The notes under the pieces are model-generated. The model was not told the origin of the DNA. It worked only from the letters and a program-made list of their open reading frames with translations, and ran no database searches. This document shows, in pieces, positions 15,111-28,055 of a stretch of DNA of 64,000 nucleotides. The translations under genes were made by a program, and so were the position numbers. Origin of the DNA: Dicyema japonicum (lineage: Eukaryota > Animalia > Dicyemida). Positions within the stretch are counted from its first letter, which is position 1; each line of letters begins with the position of its first letter. The stretch covers positions 1,030,671 to 1,094,670 of the forward strand of contig RDEW01000017.1 of assembly GCA_011109175.1 (NCBI GenBank), in the 5' to 3' direction.

Positions 15111-15750
15111 TAAATAAATTACATTTTGGTTCTTCGAAAGTGCTATTAATAATAAAAGTCGATTTAGGTAACATTTTAAATTAATACGCATGAACCATGG
15201 AACGTCTTGTTCTGACTACGAAGATCCAGTCATTCGACCGATACGTACTTGTTGAGGTCTCTGCTAGAGGGTGCTGGGATCGTGTAATTAGTCAGTTTAT
15301 GTAACCCTGGTCTCTAGTGTTAATATTATTAAGTCAAAATTAGTCTTATCAGCCTTAATTACCGAAAGTTACCTGATTACGACGAAAAATCTATCTTCTC
15401 TTACGCATACCTTCAATTCACTTGACAAATTTTTGGGAAATAAAATATTCAAACATCAACTCGTCGAGTGGTTAGTTTGTCGGATGATTGATGGGGTGAA
15501 GTACCTCCATTGTACGAACTGTCCTCACTTCAAAATGAATGTGATGCTTCCTTCACCTTATCGCGATTAAATATTCTAATGTGGGAACATCGAATACATT
15601 ATACCGTGGGTTTGAATCCCACCTGACACGAAAATTAGAGTAACTTAGACAAGTCTACGTTAAGGAGATGATAACAGAAAAGTAATCTTATAGCAAAAAC
15701 TCGTATGTGGAACAAAAAGGCACACTTAGAAGAAATATTTTAATATAAAA

Positions 15751-16884
15751 TCACACTTCCACAAAACGGTACGGGTGCTGATCACGGTACTTGACATCAA
15801 TTGAAGAGTTTATCAGAGGTTTTAATTGCCTACCAGGACCGAGCTCGTAAACATTTCGTTTGGCCGGAGAATTGAACAAATATTCCATGGTTTGTTGCCA
15901 CTTTACTGGCGACACAACCTGGTGGACCAACAAATCCTTAATCTCCTCCACGTTTTTGTATGGTTTGGCTGTTAGATTGGAAATTACGTTAATTCTGGGC
16001 TCATTAAATTTGACATTACTAAAATTGGAAAACAAACCTCAAGACATCTTTGAGTTCACCACAGGCAAAATTCATCATCTGAGTATGAAAGGCCCCACTG
16101 ACTTGGAGTCTTTTAACTTTCCGAATTCCAAATTTGGAACTATTCGCCTCGATGAACTCCAAGGCCTACACAATAAAGTCAATGGTCGCCTCAACAGAGC
16201 CACCAATTACTTGAAATGCGCAAGAAAGATAATTTGCAGGCTGACAAACTGGATTGGAGATCCCCAAAGAATAGCAGTGCTCAATAGCCGCCTTGCAGCA
16301 TTCTTTTATGTTCGAGATTCCGTTGACCATTATGGAAATCATCCCTCCGTTAGTCATCTCCGAAGCCTTCTGCATGGAAGTAGCACGAACTTTTACAACT
16401 TTTATTGCTGTTTCGGCTATAAATCAAGACAAACCATCCTCGAAAGACAGGCACTCTGAGAAAACGAGAGAGGTATACTCCCCCAAACTCAATCCTGCTG
16501 TATAACTGCAAGTTCTAAGAGCTTCTGGATCTTCACTCTCAAGTTTCTTAAGAGAAGCCAGAGATGTGACCATAATAGCTGGTTGGGAGATTTCTGTCCT
16601 CATTAATTTGTCAGATGGGCCTTCCAAAGATAACTAAAATGACATTTAGTGTATACTTTCAGCAGATCGTACCCTAAAATAGCACTCGCTCTCTCGAAAA
16701 GATCAACAGATTTTGGAAACTGCTTCAATTTTGATGCCATACCGATAAATTGGGAGCCCTGTCCAGGAAAAAGAAGCACTGACGATTCCTTCAATATCTG
16801 AGTATTCGACCACACAGCTGCATCACTTGAGCAGTTCCTTAACACAGCTCTGACAGGAGTGAAGGGTAGTTTTGACGCGAACAT
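15751..16884 (-). CDS. MCAT: Mitochondrial malonyl-CoA:ACP transacylase (FabD-like)
   Basis: LFPGQGSQFIGM, SQPAI, AGLSLGEYTSLV, VRATSMQ, VSGAFHT and YELGPGRQL. Four introns of 23, 27, 24 (GC-AG) and 19 nt. Confidence 0.95.
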
Positions 16885-16978
16885 AAGCACCGGTAACGTA
16901 GGACACGTTCAAATCCTATAAATAATCGATATACGTGATCACGCCACTCTGATATGCACGATTTTTACCGATTTTTAT

Positions 16979-17045
16979 TATTATTATCCCCAGGATCACT
17001 GGGTCAAAGAGAAAGAAATAAAAGTTCTCATCTAACTAAGTGATC
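16979..17045 (-). repeat. Isolated retroelement 3' tail; second copy at 27455-27515
   Basis: tattattatccccaggatcactgggtcaaagagaaagaa..aagttctca occurs at both sites and ends in a (TAA)n tail on the minus strand. Confidence 0.7.
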
Positions 17046-17849
17046 CCAGACCGACAAAAGTGAGGACGAGTCCGGCTTTACCGAATTTTACTGATTTTAA
17101 TACTTTTTTCAATTTTGGTTACGGAAATTCATTTATTTAATAATTCTGAGTTAAAATATTATTAAAATTCTTTGACAAATTGTTGAGAACAGAAATCACC
17201 TCAACAGCTATTATGATGACACCACCTGTGAGGGCGGTGATCAAATCGTCTCAAATTACAACTGCTTGGCGAAATAAATTATTTCATTTTCCATGGTTAT
17301 TAGCTAATTTACTCATCGAAATCACAATGGCACGTGATATCAACGTGAAAATAGTTTTGATTATTAAATATTATAACATTTTTTTAATTATAAATAAACG
17401 ATTTACGATCGCTTTATTTTAGAAAAAATATTCCTTACTATTTTTAAGGTTGTTCTCAACCACACCAAGCTAAATTAATACCCCCAACTTAAGGAAACGC
17501 ATCATTTACATTTTTCTACTCCTCTTGACACAGTCAAATGTAGCTTTGTAAGCTAAAGAAACGCAAGCAATTTTGAGGTCGCAACTGAGTTCACTTTTCA
17601 AGTCTTTTAATAATTTCAGCTCTCAGGATAAAGCATTGACCTATTTTAGCTCACTAGTATTGTGAGTCGTTAAAAGATTCACCAACAAGGAATTGATTGA
17701 GGATTAACCAAATCAATCACCAACTCCGCACGAAACAGTCCATAGTTAATAAGAAAATAAACTCGTTAATTTTATTTAAAAAAACTGACTGAATTTATCT
17801 CCTCTTTTGATCCAAATCACTAAAATTATGATGATACATCTACAAGATG

Positions 17850-19400
17850 ATTCAAAAAACTGACGAATCCCTCTGTAACTGGTCATGTCTAGTAACTCTC
17901 GCCAGAGGAAACAGCCCTCTTCCCCAAACGGCTTTGATTGATCAGATGCTGATGAGGACTTCCTTTGTCTTATCCAATTCGTGTCCGATAGGGTTATGGA
18001 TCCAAAGATCGATAAAAGTGGTTCCCACCTTTTGCCTTTGGAAGTTGATCATCAGAGCGTTTAAGGAAGACACTCTAAATGTTTGGATTTATATCCTCTG
18101 TTTTACGGCCTTTGTCGTCGATACGAACCCGATTGACTCAAATGAAGGAAATCTCAACTTCAGTCATCAAGAAAGTCGTGAAGTAGGAAAACATCAACCT
18201 AGCGACCACGCTCGGAAATCGATTAATTGATAATAACTTAGTCCCGTCTTCCAGGGTTAAGAACCACAAACGAGATTTACGACCTCAAGTAAACAAGAAA
18301 ATGGTGGTAATCGATACTCTAATTGCGCTACGGACAGTCTCCAGTAATGACAAGGTGCTTCCACCTATGCTCGACGCTTTGCCAACTCCATACGACCTAC
18401 GCACAACAAAAATAGGACAGACGTGTCACACTTGTTTCTCACCACCGATGACATAAGATCGGCTATTTCATCCTTCACGGGAAGCAGTAGTGCAGGCCTA
18501 AACATACGTCATGTAAAAGATTTTACTCCTGTTGCCGCTTCCGATGCGGGGGACACATTAACCAACTCTATGATGGTTCTCATTGGGCACATTCGTCTAG
18601 CTGAAATTTCCAACTATTGCTTGCGTCAATTGTTAGCCTTCAAAAAGCCTTGGGATCCTATTGCTATTGGAAACATACTCAGACTTCTATCGTCCAAAAT
18701 TGTTGCAAAACAACCAGTGACCTTCCAAGCCCTAAGTTGAATCGAACTCAGAAAGAGGTTGAGATTCCGCACCGATGCAAGGTCGCTATTAATTCGGTCC
18801 GCAGTCTCATAGTCAGCCCATCATACGCGAAGGAAGATTTCGTAGTGAAGCTGGACTTCTGAACAACAGCATTTGTTGAAATTTTTTAATCGAAGCTAGC
18901 CTCTCCAGGATTTCACAAATCAGCAGAATTTTGTATAATCTACCATACACACCGATCTTGTCCAGCACACTCTCAAATCCAGAACCGATGTGCAACAAAA
19001 AGATCTCATTCATAATAGTCTTGGGGATCAACTCCTATGCTTCAGCAATCTGAGCACCGCTTAACGTCTGGTATCTATACGATGCCAGTATTGTAAGAGT
19101 TTGGAAAACTGTGACGACTGAGGTCAAGTCCACCCTCTCTATCATTTCGAAAATCAAACCAGAGTCAAAACCCTCCGAATGAGAGATTATTAACGTGGCA
19201 TGCTCGAACGACAACATCATTTTTCTTGGATCCCTTCTATCCCTCAAGAAAATCTCAACTCTCTTACAAAAAATGACTCCTTACTGTTTTTCACACTCAA
19301 TGTCACCCTTCTTGACACTCATTCCACTTCATAAAAAATCGGTATTGGCTATTTTCTCGAACAGGCCCTTCCGGCTTTTCTTTCTTTGATCGACGCTTTC
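17850..19400 (+). mobile_element. CRE-clade retrotransposon remnant
   Basis: ISSFTGSSSAGLNIRHVKD, PIAIGNILRLLSSKIV, DFVVKLDF..AF and LGSLLS segments; fragmented. Confidence 0.75.
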
Positions 19401-19509
19401 CTAAACAACTAACATGTATCACAGGCCTAGCCGCTATCAACATTGGGATTACAAAAACCCGGTGAAACATCACAGTAAAGAGAATCTTTTTTGTGTCAGT
19501 ACCTTAGTC

Positions 19510-19674
19510 AAGAGGTCCCTAACTGGTACAGGTACCAGTCCATAAACCAATTGGTACCGGTTTCTTGTTAGTGCGATGGTACATGTAAGTTGCAAGTAAA
19601 CAGTCTACCCCCAGGCCGCGGTAAAATTGTCTAAAGGTTACCGGTCAGCGGCAACAAAAAGTTTGGGACCACTA
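19510..19674. mobile_element. One end of a hAT (Charlie/Buster-like) non-autonomous element
   Basis: Terminal sequence aaaagtttgggaccacta (reverse complement tagtggtcccaaac) resembles hAT TIRs, with subterminal (g)taccggt motifs. No matching left end was found. Confidence 0.5.
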
Positions 19675-20164
19675 CCTTAGCGATCAAACCGAAATTAAAT
19701 CTTCATCAGTAAGCATGCCTAGCTTCCACATCTACAAGTGAGATGGGTAAGTAGTTTCCTTGTGCATCAATCGGAACTCTTGGACAACAACTGTCCCATG
19801 CTTAAGATTTTTCGTCGCATTTTTGAAAAATAAACAAACTCTGCAGAAAAACTCGATCAGGTTGCCTCTTTTCATGGCTAAGACTTGTAGTTATTTTAGG
19901 TATAACGTTTCCCGGAAGTGTCTATGCTTATGTCTACACAAGAAGTCGATGGAGGACGGATGTCCGAAGAGAGGTCGTCCATTTTCAGATCGCGCCACCG
20001 ATGAACACGGTGGATTCTCTTGTTATTGGCAAAACCGAAGGAATCTGCAGCCGTACCTTCGTATTGAAGACTCCCACATTTGAGTGATGATGGTAAAAAC
20101 GGTGGAACCTTTGTATGCGAAGCAGAGATAATACAATAGTCCACATCCCCATGGAGACATAGCA

Positions 20165-20515
20165 GTTGACTTTTCTATTATTATTATTAAAAACCAAAAA
20201 TCACCGACAAATAAATAACTACATAGCCGTCAGGTGATTCCGGCCGCCTCGAGTAGCCATCTCATTCTTGCTCGGTGTTCTTCCCGGGTCCAACGCATTT
20301 CCGGATTGGGCGGGGGTTTCTAGCTTTTTTAGAGGGAAGTAAGGCTCCAGTTTTCCTCACTAAATCCTCAAAAGGTGTAGGGTTTAAAGGTGTCCAAGAA
20401 AACCTTTGCAAAACCTTACTGGCCATTCTTTGGAAGGTATTGATTTTTTCTATATTCCTGTTTGATAGGTTGGTTCCCCATGCAGCACACACGTAAGTTA
20501 GAGACGGTTAATACG
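20165..20515 (-). mobile_element. 3' end of jockey-like LINE; homologous copies at 33300-33790 and 47300-47600
   Basis: CAAWGTNLSNRNIEKINTFQ..RPIRKCVG, then the 3' UTR ttgtcggtgatttttggttttaataataata. Confidence 0.85.
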
Positions 20516-20619
20516 GTTAAATATACTGCACGTAGGGCGAATTTAAAATTTTTAAACAGTTGCGCCTCCCAAAAATATTTATTTATTTAACCCAAGAACA
20601 CCAATAGTTAATTTAATTG

Positions 20620-22005
20620 TATTAAACTAATTAGGTGATCCCGGCCGCCTCCATCAGGTCTCTCATCTTTTTCCGGTGGACCTTCCGAGATCCAACACAG
20701 CTTCTCTGAAAACGGGAGGGTTTTGAAAGAAATACAAGAGGGGTGATGTAAAGTATTCTAGTAAGACCCAATCCATTAGAGCATTGTAGGAAGTTGGATT
20801 TTCGGCACAGAGCGGCGAATCCCTTCCCATTTTGTCCGATAAGGTCTTCCAGAGAGGTGGGTGTGAGATTGACTGTTCTCACGAGCTTGCCGATAGTTGT
20901 AGCTGATAGGGACTGAATATCACTATTTTCTGTTTGTTCGTCCAGGATAGGTTGATTCCCCAAGACGCACAGGCGTAGCTGTTAGATGGCTCAATGAATT
21001 GTTTATGTAGTAGTTTCAATGCTGGAAAGGAGATCTGATGCCACCAAGAATAGATTTGATCAAACCAAGCTTTCTTGAGCAGGTTCCGGAGATATATTCG
21101 ACATGAGGGGAGAAGGTCATGTGCGTGTCAAAGGCGACTCCTAAGATTTTCAATTTCTTCGTAAAAGGCATTTTAGTTTGGTTTTTGTTTATAAATAAAT
21201 CAACGGTCATTCTTCCAAGACGTTTGTCTGAGGTAAATAGGGATGTGGAGGACTTCTCAGGAGATATATCAAGTCTGTTGGAGATTAACCAATTTTGAAT
21301 CACGTGTAGTTGTTTTTGAACTCTTTCTGAGGCTTTTAGGAGATCCTGGTCACGGGATCCAATTAGCATGTCATTGGCATAGGAGAGGAGAAGATCGTCT
21401 TTATCAACTGATCGTGGCAAATCGGACATAAAAAGGTTGAATAAGGCGGGGGACAAAGGAGAATCCTTTCGGGCAAGAGGACGGGGGAGGGACATATATG
21501 TTAGCAATTTTGAGAGTACTCGATCCGTTTGATATTGAAATTCCGGAGATTTCCGTGGTCCCATCGATAGTTAGCGACTTAAGTTCAGCGGATATGTCAG
21601 AATAACGAAGGTTCTTTCTGATGATGGTAAGAAGGCCTCCACCGAGGCGGTTCGGGCAATCTAGGCGAATGCAGTCGAAACCTGGAAAATGAGGAGTAGT
21701 CGCGGACTGAGTCAACTTGATTTCTTGAAGCAAAATCACGTCAATGTTTTGGTTGTTTGTGAAGGATCGTAATTCGAGAATTTTGCTCTTTATTCCGTTG
21801 ATGTTAATTTGCAGAATTGAAAGTTGGGGACCTGGGTTGAGCTCGATGTCGCCAGAAAATAGTAGAAGGATCCCATTGAGAGTTGAAGGAAGCCGTCCAA
21901 AGGAACCAACTTCGGATGGGGGTGAGCAAATGGTCCTTTTCCTAGGTGCATTAGGTGCACCCTGAGCGCCTCCAGAAACGTCATGACTGGTAGACCACAC
22001 GGCGG
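20620..22005 (-). mobile_element. Internally deleted jockey/I-like LINE with a 2A-like peptide before the APE domain
   Basis: LLLFSGDIELNPGP followed by ILQININGI..DVILLQEIKL (APE), then a jump to RT DSPLSPALFNLFMSDLP..LSYANDM, ending MEAAGIT*. Confidence 0.88.
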
Positions 22006-22859
22006 AACGTTAATATTAAAAAATATTTAAATTGTAATTTTTTTAATTTTAAATATAATAAATTTTTTTTAATGGTTTTATTATCAAATGAATAAAAATT
22101 AAATTAAAGCATTTAATAATAAAACCAATAAATATAATAAATTAGAAAAATATGGTTAAAGTTTTATAAAAAAATCTTTGAATTTTTAAAATCGAGCATT
22201 ACGTAGCGCTCGGTATCGCTCAACGCCTGTGACATAGTAGAATCAGGATTATCGGTGAGAACAGAATAGTAACTCTAACATGAATAGTATCGGTATCTAG
22301 CAGAGTACTAATCGGAATTTATAATCAAAATAAAAATTTATTAAAAAAACGGTCCTTTTTCCTTTTATGGACCTCAAATTTCTAATTTGAATTTTTTCTG
22401 TTTTCGTGGCCAACTAACCATTAGGCCAGTTGACCAATTAATTTTAACTATGTTAATCAAATATTGCTTAAATGTACTAACGTATAACAAATGAATTAAA
22501 TTAGATTAAAGGTTATGGGCTTTTGAAATATCACAGGTTCTTCCTCAAAGTTTTTGCTTGGGTATCTCTTAAATCGATTTATTTACAATAAGTTTACCAT
22601 ACAATGGCTGGCAATATTATGGAACTTTGTACTATTGCCTCATCATCTGTGTAGTCTATTGTCATTAGCGACAGTTTTCACTTCTATATTCATTTTTCTG
22701 GGCCTTTCCGGATACAATCGATCTCCAACTCAGATAACTTTGTCAATTGGAGAGACTAAGATCGCCCATTTTTTTGACTGGTGGGGTTAATCTCTTCATA
22801 CTTTGTCTTCTTTTCTCAGTATACCCAGGATTACAAATTAACTACTTAATTGGTAAAAA

Positions 22860-23240
22860 CTCAAATTAATTGTGTTTTAGAACATATGTTGCTTTATATG
22901 TTTGCGACTACCAAGATTCATCCAAAAGCTACAAAATTGTTTAGATACCTCCCTCAATTCTTGGCTGGCCTTAAACAGACTCCACCACTGGCTTTAAGAA
23001 AGGAAACAATAAGACTCTCGCCTCAAAAATTGAAAATGACGAAGGTCTCTTATACACACAGGGCATAAACCATCCAAACCACTGCTGCTGCCTGGTGATA
23101 AGGATTTGATTCCAGTCAGTATATTTGATTTTGGGGAGGAGGCAGTCCATTGGATTGAAATTCCATCAGATCCGATGGAAAAAAATTTTATTCTCCCAGT
23201 CAATGGCGCGGGCAAGTACCTCGGCAATAACATTCTCATA
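22860..23240 (-). mobile_element. CRE retrotransposon fragment
   Basis: IKSLSPGSSSGLDGL..HFQFL; homologous to 26860-27000. Confidence 0.7.
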
Positions 23241-23249
23241 GAATAGAAT

Positions 23250-24980
23250 TTTTTTGGCTGTTCTCAAGGGGGAGTTCAGCCCTTTCACGAGTCCCTTTCC
23301 CTCATCGGTGACGTAAAACCTAACTCGGGCCCATCGAATACTTTAAAATTCTGCAACTAAACATTAACGGGATCAACAACGTGACGTACGCAATCATCAA
23401 CATATATATTTCTCCTTCAAGTAGCTCAAAAGGATATCATCTGACCTCTCTTGGATCTGTCCTTAAGAACATAACCATGTACGGATACTTAATGAGAGGA
23501 TATTATCTTGACCTTTCGTCCCGGAAGAACCTGTCGATGGAAAATGGATCAACGAGGGGAGTATATCTTGTCACAGACTGAAAGCCTTCAAGTCTTAAAT
23601 GATCCTCTCTAGCACACACGTACAGCTTTATGACTAGACGAATCCAACACCTCCCCCGATATCTCCATTTGCTTCCCGAACATCGTCAGTGGTGTGTGAT
23701 TTTCCTTCTGACCACAACATGATATTATTCGCTAAAAAGACCTTATCAATTACAACGCAGTTTGTGGTTCAAATTTGAACAAGAACCTGAACAGTGATTT
23801 TCGGACTTTGAAGTCAAAATTTACGCTCGATTGATTCCGCAAATATGCACTTCAACAAGTGCATGCTCACAGAAGACCTAAAATACGTTCCCAGAGGATT
23901 TATCCCTGGGGCAAAACCACTCTTTACCAAGGAGATCATCGACCTCACGCCTGGACCATCGGACCAAGCCGACCGAGTTTTGGAACTCACTGAAATCTAT
24001 TTAGTCTGGACAAACGCTACATACAACCTCCCACGAATCTGGAACAAACAAACTTCACCATACCAAATCCTTTCAAGAACAAACATACGACCCAATTGAC
24101 TATTACAGCAATATTTATCAGGTAACTGCATCAAAAAACCTTAAGAGATACATTCTTGACTATATATGCCCTAATTTCCAAGAAAAAGAACTCCTGGAAC
24201 ATGTACTAGAAAAAGCACCAGATATACTTGGGAAATGGTTTCTCACCGTGAACAGGGAAAAACAGAACGGACAGAAATAAGACGAATGAATAACTCACTC
24301 GAAGAGAAATGGAGACACACAAAGAAACTTGGCTCCCTATAATAATTATATTTATTTTATGCAAATATGACATGTGCGCGTGACATAATATTGATAATAT
24401 GCCCTAACACACGTGGACCACTTAGTCACAAAAACAGGTAAGAAAAGGAACACCCTACGGCCATCTTTGTCTAGGACAATGAAACTTTCAGAACAATGTA
24501 CAAATAATATATTAGTACTACCGTGAACTACGCGAGCCCCTCCTGGCCTTCATCCCTGGCAGCAGCCAACATCCAAAAACTTGAGTCCCAACGGAGCCTT
24601 CTGAACAGTTATTGGATGCAACAGATTCACATCATCCGACCACCTCTACTGAAAACCAATATTCTCTCAGTGGAGAATCACCTCCGCAGGAGGAACCTCC
24701 AATTTTCAAACAAAACTACGAAACCTCACCACTTCTTGAACCACACAAAGAACTTCCATATTATAGTGAAACTATTCGCGAAAGTAAAAATTCTTCAGCC
24801 ACCTCTGATAAATCCAAGTCAAAGGCTATACATGACCACATCTCCACAAAAGCAATCCGAAGACTGGTTTGAAACGATCTATTGGCCGGCTCTCCTCCTT
24901 GGTGAATGACTCTGAGACTACCCTAGACAGAGAAACGAAAAGGACCCTAGCATAATTACGCTTTATTCACTTCCTCTTAA
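23250..24980 (+). mobile_element. Decayed jockey-like LINE with a degenerate 2A motif and a nested RTE fragment at ~24130-24340
   Basis: GDVKPNSGP..ILQLNINGI (APE start), SDH motif at ~23705, and C-terminal YASPSWPSSLAAANIQKLE. The RTE piece reads APDILGKWFLTVN..EKWRHTKKLGSL. Confidence 0.7.
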
Positions 24981-24989
24981 AAAACAAAT

Positions 24990-27330
24990 CGGACTATTTT
25001 TCTTTAGAAAAATTTCTTCAGATGTAACATGACCGATGGGTGATCCAGAATCAGGATACATGATGAAGGGTTTGGTAAATCCAGGAAGAGAATCAAATTG
25101 TTTGGGTCTAAGACATTCGGGTCAAACCCAAGAAGACAAAGGTTTCAAAGACTTCCTCGACAAATCTTGACTCGGAAAAGGTGTCGGTACAAGCCCAATC
25201 TCAAATCAAGCATTTCCTTCGAGAGAAGGGGAAGACAGTTACTCCGTCTGGGCGCTTTCCATCTCAATGATCCAGGCCCATCGGTTCCAGAGACGAGAAT
25301 CCAGCAGCCTCAAGAGAGCGCTTCACAACCTCGTTGATGGTCGTATGCCCTGGGAACCGGCACCTGCTCTGGCGGCAAGAGAGTACCTTTGCAGTCCCAA
25401 CAGATCACAACGACATGGATGAGGCAGGCATAGATAGAAATCCCACTCCGGAGGCGTCCTGATCAAGAAAGGAATCAATTGATGATGATGGGAACACGTT
25501 CCACCAAGCACCGCTGTGAAGGGAAGAGGCTGCCAGAATGCAACCCCTACGGTGCAAATCTTCCGTTTCCATAAGGGACGAATGAGTATTTTTGTAAAGA
25601 ATGTTAATCCAGTTCCTCAGTAAGTGTGTATCAAGGGGGTTTCTCTAAAAATCACCGACCAGCTCTTTAACCCATCAGCAATGTTGTCGTCCATAGCCGA
25701 CTTGAAATCTGGTAGAATGGTCCGGATGAAAAACGCGTTGCACAATAAAGAGGACATGAAGGATAGAAAGGAAACGTCCACAACAGTAGTTAGGCCGATA
25801 CCCCCAATTCTGACTAATAAAAAAACTTGCTTTAAACTAATTTTATCGAAATTAATATTCATAATTTCTCCAATAGTCTTGGAGATAAGAATGTTGAAAT
25901 TCTCCAGGATTTCGGAAAGAGGTAGCAAGGAGAGGAACGTGCCAAAAACATAAGTCTTGGAATGAAAAAAATGATTCTTCAATAGAAAAAACGCAGTATG
26001 TGGATCAAGTTCAAGAAAATGAACGGTGGCACAACTAATCTCCGAAGTTTTATAGGGATAATCTCTTTGGAAATGGGGGAGCCCAATACAATTAGGTGTT
26101 CCACATCGGTAATAACAGCATCAGTGAGAAAAGACATGATCCTGCATCGTGATTTAAAGAATTCATCTTGCGAGAGTCCCAGATTAGAAATTTCAGATTT
26201 ACTCAGATTAATCTCGAGTCCATAACTTCTAAGAATGAGAAGAAGTATTTCGAGACTTTGCAAAACCTTCTCGGAAGATCCACCGATCGTAGCATCGTCC
26301 CAATATTACAATAAAAAACCTTCACATACGAACGGGCAGCCTCATCCACTGCAAAATCAAAAAGAAGTGGACCAAAAGGATACCTTGTTGGATCCCAGTC
26401 GATGATTTAATAAGATCATCACCAAAACGAGATGGGTTGGAGTACCATATGCGTGGTTCGTAATATGGATAATTCTTGGAGCTCTCTTCAAAACAGTTTC
26501 CAGAAGATGGTCCCTCCTCACCGAATTGAAGGAGTTGGAAACGTCCAGTTTCACAATAATCTTAAGGTCATCCTCTTTACAATAGTTCACAAAGAACGAG
26601 TGGCATGAATAGCCAATTCGCACCCGCCGCGGACGCCCACTCCGAGTTGTAAAGGTTTCAGTTCGGAAGACAAATCATCGATGACACGCCAGCACGAAAG
26701 TTTTGAAGCTAGTCTTCGGAATAGGTTCACAATAACAAGTCCTGACACTGCTACCAGGCTCTGAGAAAGGAAACAACAAAGCAGAAAAAAGTTCACGGCG
26801 ATGGGAGGAATATTCCCGAATGCAAACAGGTTTACGAGTTTGGTTAACGATAATACAAGGTGAGCTCCCGCCTAAAAAGTTGAGAATGACGAAGGTCTCT
26901 GATATGCCCAGGAACTAAACCATCCAAACCCCTCTACTGTCTGTGAGAAGGATTTGATCCAAACCATTATCTAAGATTCGGTAAATAAAACAAGAAGGGG
27001 GCAGTCCAATGAGATTGAAAATTCTCTCAGATCCAATCGAGAGAGAGGATGTTTATTCTCCAAAGTAGAAATTTCTTAGGGGTGACTGATAGGAAGATTT
27101 CGGTTGAAAACAATGTCCTAAACTGCTGCCCAGACGTCCCCATCCATTAGCTTGGCATCAACCGCTTTCCGAAGAGAAAACTTTCTATCTCCATGATTAG
27201 GTATTCTCAAGAGGGAAGAAAAAGAGATTCCCATCTTCAAAAGACTGAATAAATTTCCTAAGGCTTCCAGCGATAGAAACTCCACGTTGATTACAGTGCA
27301 ATCCAAGTGCAATTAGATGAAAGAGAAATA
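24990..27330 (-). mobile_element. CRE-clade retrotransposon (RT, Zn-knuckle and RLE), decayed
   Basis: LKPLQLGVGVRGGCELAIHATRS, IIVKLDVSNSFNSVRRDHLL, YGLEINLSKSEI, LGSPI, GGIGL, a Cys/His cluster with RH..INEV, and GKRPDGVTVFPF..DT. Confidence 0.88.
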
Positions 27331-27564
27331 AGTAAATCCATTTTATTCTCTCCAAAGATATCGATTACTATGGCGTGCTCGTCATCGGTGACCGTTCAAA
27401 AAATTTCCCAACCATAACTTCAGGTTTGCGTCAATGTTCGAAGAATATTACTATTATTACCCCCAAGATCACTGGGTCAAAGAGAAAGAAGTTAAAGTTC
27501 TCAACTAACTGAGAATGTATTTGTAAGTGATGGTCTTCTTCGGAACAGTCAAATACCTTCTGAT

Positions 27565-27815
27565 TGTCGTTTTGATTAATTATTTATTTATTTTTAAAAT
27601 TATTTTATAATATGGCAAACCTTTTAATAAATTGGCACATTATTTGGCGTGCGTTGCCACGTTGTTGTGGTTGGCTTTTTGTTTCTGTTGTATTTGTTCC
27701 TTCATATAATATATTCTACTGATATTTCAAATAATGCTGACGGCTGTTATCAAAAATGTTCAATATATGTTTTGGTAACCTATAAATATGCACTATTCTC
27801 CATTATTTGATTTGT
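27565..27815 (+). repeat. Unclassified dispersed repeat; inverted homologue at 46075-46345
   Basis: Shared blocks aatatggc.aacct, ttggcgtgc.gttgccacgtt.ttgtggttgg and tattctcca.tatttgatt. Confidence 0.75.
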
Positions 27816-27847
27816 CTTATATTATTGAATGGCAAAATATTTTATTT

Positions 27848-28055
27848 GGTAGATGAATACAATAAACATTGTTTGTATAATCTCCCGATCTGCCAAGGAA
27901 AAATTCTAAATCATCCATATGGTAGATGAAGACAATGAACATCGTTTGTTGAATCTCCCGATCTGCCAAGGAAAAATTCTAAATCATCCATATGGTAGAT
28001 GAAGACAATGAACATCGTTTGGATAATTTCCCGATCTGCTAAGGAAAAATTCTAA
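27848..28055. repeat. Tandem repeat, 73-bp unit, about 2.85 copies
   Basis: Units start at 27848, 27921 and 27994 (ggtagatgaa.acaat.aacat.gtttg..aat.tcccgatctgc.aaggaaaaattctaaa). Confidence 0.95.

Noticed and set aside
15860-16459. 199-aa plus-strand ORF
   Set aside because: It is the antisense shadow of MCAT exons. Many other listed ORFs are similar shadows of genes or TEs.
17949-17975. ctgatgag as a hammerhead ribozyme core
   Set aside because: There is no GAAA after the stem II candidate and stems I and III cannot be formed.
27848-28055. CRISPR-like array
   Set aside because: Units are contiguous with no unique spacers, there are no cas genes, and the context is eukaryotic.
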